Assembly (NCBI GenBank): GCA_035535035.1
Contig: DATLQW010000184.1
Span: 15,535-79,534 of the forward strand
Direction: 5' to 3'
Source: Acetobacteraceae bacterium
GTDB lineage: Bacteria; Pseudomonadota; Alphaproteobacteria; Acetobacterales; Acetobacteraceae
DNA length: 64,000 bases
The translations under genes and the position numbers were made by a program. How positions within the stretch are numbered: the stretch's first letter is position 1; every line of letters starts with the position of its first letter. Positions 26,312 to 34,596 of this stretch are shown piece by piece. The notes under the pieces were generated by a model that saw only the letters and a program-made list of their open reading frames with translations, made no database searches and was not told the DNA's origin.

Positions 26312-27247
26312 TTACAGTCCCAACTCCCAGTCCTCACCGACGCAGGCCAGACCGAAATCACTGTGCGGCTTGCTCGCCACGGGCAAAAAACCCGACGCCC
26401 GGTATATCCCGCGCGCCGCCACCAGCACGTCGTTCGTCCACAGCGTGATCCGCCCATAGCCGGCGGCGCGGGCGAACGCGATGCACTCCGCGACCAACCG
26501 CTTGCCGATGCCCAGCCCGCGCGCCGCCGGCTCGACCAGCAGCAGGCGCAGCCTGGCGAGTTCGTCGTCCACGCGAACCAGGAACACCGAGCCAAGATTG
26601 ATCCCGTCGCGCTCGGCGATCCAGCAGCGCTCGCGCGCAGGATCGTGGCTCGCGAGGAAGCCGCCGGCGACCCGCGCCACCAGTGCCTCGAACCGCGCGT
26701 CGAAGCCGTATTCCTGGGCGTAGAGCGCGCCGTGCCGCGCCACCACCCAGCCGATGTCGCCGGGCACAGGGTCGCGCAGCCGCCAGGGTGGCGGACCGGC
26801 GGCGCCCAGCAGCGCCTCGATCCGCGCCATGGCGCCCACCACCTCCGCCTGCGCCGGCTCCGGCAGCGTGGCGAGCAAGGCGCCAACTTCCTCTCGCGAG
26901 CGCGCGTCCAGCGGTGCGAAGGCGGCGTGTCCGGCATCGGTCAGCGACAGCACGCTCTGCCGCCGGTCCTCCTCGGAAACCGCCCGCTCCAGCAGGCGTT
27001 CCTGGGCGAAGCGCTGCAGGATGCGGCTGAGGTAGCCGGCGTCCAGCCCCAATTCGCGCCCGAGCATGCTCGCGGTCGTGTCCTGGCGGTTGGCCAGTTC
27101 GAACAGGACCCGCGCCTCGGTCAGGGAGACGCGGCTCCGCAGAAGCCCTTCCTGCAAGGCGCCGATGACGCCGGTATAGAAGCGGCTGAACCGCCGAACG
27201 GCGGCGATGCGAGAGTCGATCGCGGAGAGCGGGGCGAGATCACTCAT
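26312..27247 (-). CDS. bifunctional MarR-type HTH / GNAT N-acetyltransferase regulator
   Basis: Start at MSDLAPLSAIDSR. MarR-like N-half (LTEARVLFELA...) and GNAT C-half (LLLVEPAARGLGIGKRLV). Confidence 0.8.
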   Translation of the reverse strand: MSDLAPLSAIDSRIAAVRRFSRFYTGVIGALQEGLLRSRVSLTEARVLFELANRQDTTASMLGRELGLDAGYLSRILQRFAQERLLERAVSEEDRRQSVLSLTDAGHAAFAPLDARSREEVGALLATLPEPAQAEVVGAMARIEALLGAAGPPPWRLRDPVPGDIGWVVARHGALYAQEYGFDARFEALVARVAGGFLASHDPARERCWIAERDGINLGSVFLVRVDDELARLRLLLVEPAARGLGIGKRLVAECIAFARAAGYGRITLWTNDVLVAARGIYRASGFLPVASKPHSDFGLACVGEDWELGL

Positions 27248-27477
27248 GCGCGAGAGCCTGGCCCGATTGATTGACCAGATCAACTATCTTTGCCCTCGGT
27301 ATCCCTCGCGTGAACAATCCGATCCGGATCGTAATATCAATGAATTGTGAAGCGCACATTGCTGGTTTTGTCCAGGTATTGCCCCAATTGTGTGGAACCA
27401 TGTTGTATAGCCGAACCAAATCACAGGTTCGGCATATATTTTCTGTTTCTGGTTATCGACACCAAAGGAGAATAATC

Positions 27478-27816
27478 ATGTCTGTTCCGAAGCTGACACT
27501 TCTTGCCGTGCCGGCGCTGATCGCCCTGGCCGTCGGGGGCGCGGTCGTACCGGCCTCGGCACAGTCCTCGACCGTGATCATCGCTCCCAGCGCGCCGCCG
27601 CCGCCGCGGGTGGAAACCATCCCGCCGCCGCCGGGCGCGCAACCGCAGATGATGACCTGGGAGGCCGGCCATTGGGCCTGGAACGGCACCACCTGGGACT
27701 GGCACGATGGCCGCTACGCGCAGCGTCCGCAGGCGACCGCGGTGTGGGAACCCGGGCATTGGGCGCAGCAGTCGGCCGGCGGCTATGTGTGGGTTGACGG
27801 CCATTGGCGCGGCTGA
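27478..27816 (+). CDS. secreted WxxGxW / YxWGxW-repeat protein
   Basis: AAGGAG RBS and signal peptide MSVPKLTLLAVPALIALAVGGAVVPASA. Repeats GHWAWNG, GHWAQQ, YVWVDGHW. Confidence 0.7.
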   Translation: MSVPKLTLLAVPALIALAVGGAVVPASAQSSTVIIAPSAPPPPRVETIPPPPGAQPQMMTWEAGHWAWNGTTWDWHDGRYAQRPQATAVWEPGHWAQQSAGGYVWVDGHWRG

Positions 27817-27829
27817 GCAGGAGAGTGCA

Positions 27830-28201
27830 ATGATCCGCTCGCATCACGCCTGGCTGCTGCTGCCGGGGCTATTGACGCTCGCCGCATGCGGTGGGCCGCC
27901 GCCGCCGCAGACCACCCAGGTGATCGTCCAGCCGGCGCCGCAGGTGCAGGCCGCAGCGACGGTGGCGCCCATGCCGCCGCCGCCGCCGCACGCCGAACTG
28001 GTGGCGCCGCCTCCGCCCGGTGCCGGGCCGGAAGTCTGGCAACCGGGCCACTGGCGCTATACCGGCATGGCCGGCAACCCCTGGGCCTGGGAGGGTGGCC
28101 AGTACGTTCCGGCACCGTCCGGCGCGACGACCTGGGTGCCCGGCCGATGGGCAGAGCAGCCGAGCGGCGGCTGGGTCTGGCTTGAGGGCCACTGGGCCTG
28201 A
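27830..28201 (+). CDS. lipoprotein with the same GHW/WxW repeats
   Basis: Lipobox LTLAAC. Repeats GHWRYTG, WAWEGG, WVPGRW, WVWLEGHW. Confidence 0.7.
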   Translation: MIRSHHAWLLLPGLLTLAACGGPPPPQTTQVIVQPAPQVQAAATVAPMPPPPPHAELVAPPPPGAGPEVWQPGHWRYTGMAGNPWAWEGGQYVPAPSGATTWVPGRWAEQPSGGWVWLEGHWA

Positions 28202-28216
28202 CCGACGCCTGTCCAA

Positions 28217-28241
28217 CCTCTCCCGCACCGCGCGGGAGAGG
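28217..28241 (+). terminator. REP-type hairpin CCTCTCCCGC-N5-GCGGGAGAGG
   Basis: Read directly. Lies between convergent genes. Confidence 0.4.
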
Positions 28242-28775
28242 TCAGGATGCGCGAGTGGTGCGGGTGGACATCCGGCGGGGCGACCCGATCACCCTCACCG
28301 GAGCCGGATCATCCGCCTTGCCGTTCCGCGGCGACATATGTCGGGACGCACCGGCAGGCGCGGCCGCCAGCGGGACGATTGCAGGAGCGGGCTGCTGGCA
28401 TCCGTGTGGACCAGTGGCCGGCGCAGCCTCCCTCAACCGCCTGGCAGCGCGTCATCTTGGGCGACAGCAGGCGCGGCGAGCCAACGCACGTGGCTGTGCG
28501 ACGGCGAGGAAGCCGCCGCGTATTGCCGGCATCTCATTGTTCGCCGCGAGATACGGGGCGCGGAACGGCGCTGCCGCCGAAACGCCACCCGAACGCCTGG
28601 CCCTTCATGCCGAGGCAGCGCTTCCGGGTCGATCGGTCCTTCCCGGACGCCACGAACACGGGCCGCATGGCGGACCGCCAGAGCCGGCACCGGTCCGGCC
28701 CGCGCCACCAGATTGCCGCGGCATGACCGCCACGCTGCCGGGCCCGGGAAACAGGAAGAATTTGCCAAAGTCGAA

Positions 28776-31067
28776 CTAATGCTCTCCTGGCTTCTTCGCC
28801 TCACGTGCGGCGGGTGCCGGATGCGGCGCCGGGGCGGCGTGCACCTGCGGCCGCGGAGCGGCGTGCATCTGCGGTGCGGGAGCATGCACCTGCGGCCGCG
28901 GGACGGCATGCATCTGCGGTGCGGGAGCATGCACCTGCGGCCGCGGGGCGACATGCATCTGCGGTGCGGGAGCATGCACCTGCGGCCGCGGGGCGGCATG
29001 CACCTGCGGCCGCGGGGCGGCATGCATCTGCGGTGCCGGGGCATGCACCTGCGGCCGTGGGGCAGCATGCATCTGCGGTGCAGGAGCATGCACCTGCGGC
29101 AGTGGGGCGACATGCATCTGCGGTGCAGGAGCATGCACCTGTGGCCGTGGAACGGCATGCGTCTGCGGCGCGGGATAATGCACCTGCGGCAGTGGGGCGG
29201 TACGCAGCGCCGTGGGCGCCCGCGGCGCCGGGGCCGTCACCGCCCGTGGCTCGACGCGCGGAAGCACTGGACGTTCGACAGGTCGCGGCGGGGCAACGGT
29301 CGGATGCACGACTTGCGGTTCGGCAGGCCGGAGCGGTGCGGTTGGCCCGGGACGCAGGGAACCGGCTGGCGCCAATCCTGGCCGCACTGCCCCGGTTGAG
29401 GTCGCCCCGTGCGTCACGGCCTCCCGGCCCGGCGCGGCGTGCACGATCGGCGGCGGAGCACCTTCGCGCCCGGCTGGGGTGCGCAGTATCGGCATCGCCG
29501 CTGGCGGTGGCACAACGCCCGGCCGCGCGCCGCCATGCTCCGGCGCGACGCCCGGGCGCCCGGCGGCATGGCGCAGCGTCGGCCGCGCGGCGACACCTTG
29601 TGCCGGGACGGCATGGATCGCCGGACCTGGCGCCGCGCGTGGCACCGCGGCGACCCCGGCCGGCGCCGGCGCCAGGTGCATCTGCCGCGCCAGCCGCGGC
29701 GTGATCCCGGCGGTTGCGGCGGTCGGGCGGATCGGCGACGTCCCGATCACCGGCCGCGCTGTTGCGAGCATCCGCGGATCGACCCGCTCCGCGACCTGGC
29801 GCACCGGGCGCGATGCCGCCATCGCACTCGCCGGTACCACAGTCGCCGCGCCACGGTTCACGAAGTTGTTGATGGTGACGTTGCGGTTGTTGATCACGGT
29901 GACATTGGTGACGTCGCGCCGGTTGACCGCGCGCAGATAGGCCTCCGAGCTGTGGTACCATGGATGGTAAGCCTCGCGCGGGCCGAGCGGGACCCAGCCG
30001 ACACGGCCGGAGGCAAGTGCCTCCCCGATGCCGACCCCCACGCCGATCCCGATAAAGGCCACCAGTGCGGGCGCATAGACCGGCGGTCCGGCGACCGCCA
30101 CCACGCCGGGGGTCCAGCCCCAGCGGCCGCGAACCTCGAGCCAGCGTCCGTAATGGAACGGCGCGAAGCCCCACGGGGCATCGTCCACCCAGGTCCAGCC
30201 CCACGGGCGAACATAGGCCCAGCGGCCCTCGCGATACGGCATCCAGCCGGGAGCGACCTGCGGATACCAGACATCGCCGTAATCACTCGTCTGCGACCAT
30301 GTGCCGTAAGCGGAGAGGTCATCGCCGCCCGGCATCTGCGCCACCACCGGCGGCGGGGCGTTGGCCGGCGCGGATGGCGGGCGCTCGGCCCGCAGCATGG
30401 CGGTCAGGAACCCATCCATCCGGGCTGGCCCGACGCTGACCTCGAACGTGTCCGTCCCGGTGATCGTGGCGGTCTGGCCCGGCCCCACCTGGAGCGACAG
30501 TCCGGGACCCGTGACCTGCGCAACGCCATCCAGCACCGTGACGAGGGTCGGATCTTGCGTGTCGCCGGCCGCGACGTCATAGCGGCCCGCACCGGAAATG
30601 GTCACCAGCCCGCGCGGTGTCTGCACCGACCAGGTTTCGCCCGGCGTGAGGTCGCGCAGGCGCAAATAGATCTCGCCCTGCGGCACGGTCGCCTGCAGCC
30701 CGCCGGCATCGAGCGTGCCGACGTCGAGTTCGGTGCCACCGGCAAGCGCGATGCGGCTGTCGGAGACCACGATGCGCGCCGAGGCGTCCGGTTCGGTCCA
30801 GAAGGCGTCGCCGGATGCGACCGGGTAGTTCATCCCGGCCGGGCTCCACTGGTCCGCGTCCGCCGTGTGGAAAGAGACGGCACCAGCGATCTGCGCCAGC
30901 CATCCGGCCCGTTCCGGCGGGTTGCCGGCCTCCTGGCCAGGCACGGCCGGTGCCGCGCCTGGCGGCACCGGTTGCGCCAGGGCGGCCTGGGGCATGACCT
31001 GTGCCAGCATCAGCCCGGCGACAGCCGTGGCGGCGCTCAGGCGGAAGACCAGGGAGTGCGGGCGCAT
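28776..31067 (-). CDS. secreted FecR-domain / DUF6600-like protein with Pro-rich tandem-repeat C-terminus
   Basis: 763-aa ORF with a signal peptide. WxPxxxxxGWxPYxxGxW-type motifs (WMPYREGRWAYVRPWGWTWVDDAPWGFAPFHYGRW). C-terminal PQVHAPAPQMHAAPR repeats. Confidence 0.7.
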   Translation of the reverse strand: MRPHSLVFRLSAATAVAGLMLAQVMPQAALAQPVPPGAAPAVPGQEAGNPPERAGWLAQIAGAVSFHTADADQWSPAGMNYPVASGDAFWTEPDASARIVVSDSRIALAGGTELDVGTLDAGGLQATVPQGEIYLRLRDLTPGETWSVQTPRGLVTISGAGRYDVAAGDTQDPTLVTVLDGVAQVTGPGLSLQVGPGQTATITGTDTFEVSVGPARMDGFLTAMLRAERPPSAPANAPPPVVAQMPGGDDLSAYGTWSQTSDYGDVWYPQVAPGWMPYREGRWAYVRPWGWTWVDDAPWGFAPFHYGRWLEVRGRWGWTPGVVAVAGPPVYAPALVAFIGIGVGVGIGEALASGRVGWVPLGPREAYHPWYHSSEAYLRAVNRRDVTNVTVINNRNVTINNFVNRGAATVVPASAMAASRPVRQVAERVDPRMLATARPVIGTSPIRPTAATAGITPRLARQMHLAPAPAGVAAVPRAAPGPAIHAVPAQGVAARPTLRHAAGRPGVAPEHGGARPGVVPPPAAMPILRTPAGREGAPPPIVHAAPGREAVTHGATSTGAVRPGLAPAGSLRPGPTAPLRPAEPQVVHPTVAPPRPVERPVLPRVEPRAVTAPAPRAPTALRTAPLPQVHYPAPQTHAVPRPQVHAPAPQMHVAPLPQVHAPAPQMHAAPRPQVHAPAPQMHAAPRPQVHAAPRPQVHAPAPQMHVAPRPQVHAPAPQMHAVPRPQVHAPAPQMHAAPRPQVHAAPAPHPAPAAREAKKPGEH

Positions 31068-31251
31068 CGGGATACTCCTTCAGCCGAACTGCCAGGCCAT
31101 CTTGTGCAGGAACATGGCTAAAGCGCGACGACCTCGGTCGCAATTGCGGCAAGCATCGGACACGGCAGCGCCCCGGTGAGGCCATCAAACCGTCGCGCGG
31201 CACACCCAGTTATAGTCTCGGCCGGTCGAGGCCACCCAGGAGGCAATCACC

Positions 31252-31533
31252 ATGACCCGAACCCACCCGTACTCCTTCCGCAGAGTGGCGCTGCACTCCT
31301 TCCGCAGAGTGGCGCTGCCGGCTGTCGCCATGCTTGGCATCGCCGCGCTGCTGGGCGGCTGCGTCGCTTACCCCGCGTATCCGGGCTACGGCTATTATGG
31401 TCCTGGATATGGATACCCGGCCGGCGGATACGTCACGTTCGGCGGCAGCGGAGGCTGGGGCGACCACGACTGGCACGGCGGCGATTGGCACGGCGGCGAT
31501 TGGCACGGCGGGGGTGGCGGCTGGCATCGCTGA
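31252..31533 (+). CDS. small Gly/Tyr/His/Trp-rich lipoprotein
   Basis: AGGAGG RBS and lipobox LLGGC. The C-terminus is GDHDWHGGDWHGGDWHGGGGGWHR. Confidence 0.6.
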   Translation: MTRTHPYSFRRVALHSFRRVALPAVAMLGIAALLGGCVAYPAYPGYGYYGPGYGYPAGGYVTFGGSGGWGDHDWHGGDWHGGDWHGGGGGWHR

Positions 31534-31594
31534 GGCCGGCGGCGACGCGGCATCGACCACGGTCGCAGGACGGCAAAGCGCGGCGCAATCCGCG

Positions 31595-32788
31595 CTACAA
31601 GCCGGCCTGGTGCAGCCGCAGGATCGCCCGCGCGCAGGCCTGCGCGCGGGGAATCAGGCTGGCGACAAGCAGGAACTCGTCCGGGCTGTGCGCCTTGCCG
31701 CCGACCGGGCCGACCGCGCAGAGCGTCGGCGCCCCGGCGGCGGCGGTAAACCCCGAATCCGCGCAACCGCCGGTGAACTCGCCATCGGTGGCGAATCCGG
31801 TGTCGGCGGCGGCCCCGACATAAAGTTCGAACAGCTTCCGGGCGGACGGGCTCTGCGTCAACGGCAGGAACTCGCCGCGCACGGTCAGCTCCGACCTGGT
31901 GCCCGGCAGGAAGCTGCGCTCGACGATGGCGCCGATGCGCGCCATGACATCGTCCTTGTCGGGCGGGTCCACGTAGCGCAGGTCGATCTGACCTTCCGCC
32001 CAGGGCGCCACGGTGTTGACGCTCTGTCCGCCGCTGACCAGCCCGACATTCAGCGTGACGCCGCGTTCCAGGTCCGTCAGCGCGTGGACCGCCTGCACCT
32101 TGCGCGCCAGCTCCTCGATGGCGGAGACGCCGTCGGCGAAATTCGCCCCGGAATGCGCCGCCTTGCCGGTGACCCGGAAACTCATGAAGACGCCGCCCTT
32201 GCGCCCGGTGACGACGTTGCCGGAGACGCGGCCGGGCTCGCTGTTGAACACCGCGCGGGCATGGCGGGCCTCGGCCTCGATCGCCGCGCGGCCTTCCGGG
32301 CTGCCGATCTCCTCGTCGCCGGTGAACAGCCCGACCAGCGGGGCCGGCGCGCCGCCGCAATGGGCGAAGGCGGCCAGGACGAAGCAGTTCATCACCAGCC
32401 CGGCCTTCATGTCGGCGACGCCGGGGCCGTAGGCGATTCCGTCGCGAATGGTGAACGGGCGGCGCGTCGCCTCGCCGTCGGGAAACACGGTGTCGCGATG
32501 GCCCATCAGCACGACGTTGCCGCCGGCATTGCCGGCCGGGCCGTCCCAGGGGACCGCCGCGCGCAGGCAGTCGCCGTGCTTCGGTTGGCGGATGGTCTCC
32601 ACCGGGATGCCGTGCGCCGCCAGGAATCGCCGGATCACGGCGCCGACTGCGTCAATGCCCGGCTTGTTGTAGCTGCCGCTGTCGGTATCGACCATGTCCC
32701 GCAACATGGCGAGCATGGCTTCCTGCCGCGTCGCAAGCCAGGCGGCGATCTGTGATTCGGTTGCCATTGGGGAGCCTCCGAGCGGCAC
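31595..32788 (-). CDS. M20-family metallopeptidase (carboxypeptidase G2-like)
   Basis: LMGHRDTVFP and GPGVADMKAG metal-ligand motifs. Confidence 0.8.
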   Translation of the reverse strand: MPLGGSPMATESQIAAWLATRQEAMLAMLRDMVDTDSGSYNKPGIDAVGAVIRRFLAAHGIPVETIRQPKHGDCLRAAVPWDGPAGNAGGNVVLMGHRDTVFPDGEATRRPFTIRDGIAYGPGVADMKAGLVMNCFVLAAFAHCGGAPAPLVGLFTGDEEIGSPEGRAAIEAEARHARAVFNSEPGRVSGNVVTGRKGGVFMSFRVTGKAAHSGANFADGVSAIEELARKVQAVHALTDLERGVTLNVGLVSGGQSVNTVAPWAEGQIDLRYVDPPDKDDVMARIGAIVERSFLPGTRSELTVRGEFLPLTQSPSARKLFELYVGAAADTGFATDGEFTGGCADSGFTAAAGAPTLCAVGPVGGKAHSPDEFLLVASLIPRAQACARAILRLHQAGL

Positions 32789-33208
32789 TGGAAGTTAAGT
32801 TTGGCGGCAGCCACTGGCCTCCGTCGGTTGGGTAGCCGCCGCGACAACCCCGGCCGCCACGCCGGCCGTCTGATGACCTGATCCGGATGCCGCCTCGTCC
32901 GGCGCGTTTTCAGGCGGCGGCGATTGAACCGGTTTCAAATTGGAGGCCCGAGCCAACCGGCAGGGCAATGGCTAAGCAGGACGCCATCAATCTCAAGAAA
33001 CAAAACGCCACCCAACAATTGCGACCTTTCCAGATCTAAGAGACCCCCACTTCATCCATCAGTACGAATTTCACGAATTGACGGCAAGGTAACGTTAAAT
33101 CAACGATAAAAAATCCTCAATATGGAAATATCGGCGTCACGTTGATGCGAGGGATAATCGTCCCCGCACTGAAACACAATCGAGACAATCGAAGGAAGGG
33201 TCGGACCT

Positions 33209-33625
33209 ATGCTTCTCTCATCCTCTGCCAGCCTTGCGCTTATCGCTGACACCGGCAAGGTCCGTCTCGGCGGCTGCGCCCCGACCCTCGCCACTGCCGA
33301 TGCCGGCAAGGTCCGTCTCGGCGGCTGCGCCCCGACCCTCGCCACTGCCGATGCCGGCAAGGTCCGTCTCGGCGGCTGCGCCCCGACCCTCGCCACCGCC
33401 GATGCCGGCAAGGTCCGTCTCGGCGGCTGCGCTCCGACCCTCGCCACTGCCGATGCCGGCAAGGTCCGTCTCGGCGGCTGCGCCCCGACCCTCGCCACCG
33501 CCGATGCCGGCAAGGTCCGCCTCGGCGGCTGCGCTCCGACCCTCGCCACTGCCGATGCCGGCAAGGTTCGTCTCGGCGGCTGCGCCCCGACGCTGCCGGC
33601 CGGTCGGAAGGCTGCCATCCACTAA
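33209..33625 (+). CDS. tandem-repeat peptide: 12-aa head + 7 x 17-aa ADAGKVRLGGCAPTLAT units
   Basis: GGAAGGG lies 8 nt before the ATG, with an AT-rich upstream region. All inter-repeat substitutions are synonymous third-position changes. Codon usage is typical for this genome, unlike the antisense ORF. Confidence 0.6.
   Translation: MLLSSSASLALIADTGKVRLGGCAPTLATADAGKVRLGGCAPTLATADAGKVRLGGCAPTLATADAGKVRLGGCAPTLATADAGKVRLGGCAPTLATADAGKVRLGGCAPTLATADAGKVRLGGCAPTLPAGRKAAIH
33245..33601 (+). repeat. seven tandem 51-bp repeats
   Basis: Hand alignment with unit GCCGATGCCGGCAAGGTCCGTCTCGGCGGCTGCGCCCCGACCCTCGCCACT. The first and last units are slightly divergent. Confidence 0.9.
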
Positions 33626-33789
33626 AGACGACGCCCGATCAACCCTGTTAGACTGGATGCGTGCCGGGCGGGAATACTGCCCGGCTTCTGCCGTTGCTTC
33701 ACTCAGCACCAGGATCAGCACCCTTGTCCACCACTGCCTCGATCTCGCCGGAAGCCGCGCAGGCAACGCCCCGGAAGTCGCCGCTTGTC

Positions 33790-34536
33790 GTGTTCCATCG
33801 CGTAACACCGTCGGGACGCCTGCCGCAGCGGGCGGATCGCTCCGCGGCGGGATCGCTGCCAACCCGCGCCTTCCGTTATTGCGAGCCTTCGACCAGCGCA
33901 TCCGGCTATGGCTATTACATCTTCCCGCCGATCAGCTTCAGCCTGAAATGGGACGGCCACGACATCATGTGGACCTTTGACGGGGCGTCCGGCTGGATGC
34001 CGTTGAAGTCGGCGCAGTTTCCCGGGTTTCGCGACCTGTTCGACTCGGTCGCGCCCAAGGAAATCCAGCAATATGCGCCGCCCTTCCTGGTCGCCCTTCA
34101 AGAGGCCGGATTGGTTCAGATCTGGACCGGCATCATCGCCCGCACCGCACCGGGTTGGAGCCTGATGGTCCGAGCGCCGGCAAATTTGCCGCATCGTGGC
34201 GGCTATGAGCCGTTCGAGGGGATCATCGAGACCGACCACTGGTTCGGCCCGTTGATCACCAACATACGTCTGACCAAGACCGACGTGCCGATCGACTTTT
34301 ATGCTGATTTCCCCATGCTGCAGGTGCAGCCGCTGCCACGCCAGGCATACGACGACGCAATGCTCAACAATTACGAATTGGTGCCCGACCTCCGGCAGCT
34401 CACGCCCGAGGACTGGGACGACTATTACGACACAGTGGTGCGTCCGCACGTGCAGGAGGCGCGGCCGCGCGGCCAATACGCCGCCGCCGCCCGTAAGCGC
34501 CGAGCCGCCGAGGCGGACGGCAAGCCGACGGAGTGA
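33790..34536 (+). CDS. DUF6065-like protein (start GTG 33790, or GTG 33661)
   Basis: AFRYCEPSTSASGYGYYIFPPISFSLKWDG resembles the conserved N-terminal core recalled for DUF6065. The 33661 start would lie inside the hairpin that follows the repeat gene. Confidence 0.6.
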   Translation: MFHRVTPSGRLPQRADRSAAGSLPTRAFRYCEPSTSASGYGYYIFPPISFSLKWDGHDIMWTFDGASGWMPLKSAQFPGFRDLFDSVAPKEIQQYAPPFLVALQEAGLVQIWTGIIARTAPGWSLMVRAPANLPHRGGYEPFEGIIETDHWFGPLITNIRLTKTDVPIDFYADFPMLQVQPLPRQAYDDAMLNNYELVPDLRQLTPEDWDDYYDTVVRPHVQEARPRGQYAAAARKRRAAEADGKPTE

Positions 34537-34596
34537 GCGCCGGCGCCGGCCTTCCCGCAATCCTGGTGATCCCGGTTCCTGACCACCCGTCCGCGT

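Noticed and set aside
28020-29399. 459-aa + strand ORF and several other ORFs over 28.8-31.1 kb
   Set aside because: They are antisense or off-frame to the 763-aa FecR-like gene. The repeats create long open frames on both strands.
33245-33601. Possible CRISPR array
   Set aside because: The repeats are directly contiguous 51-bp units with no unique spacers, and no cas genes are nearby. It is a coding tandem repeat.
33100-33618. Antisense ORF over the 51-bp repeats (VGAQPPRRTLPASAVAR x7)
   Set aside because: It shares third-codon positions with the + frame, so it looks equally conserved. However, it relies on AGA/AGG/CGA/TTG/GGA codons that look rare elsewhere in this window. It also has no RBS and would end in the AT-rich promoter-like region. 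The + strand ORF is preferred, though not proven.
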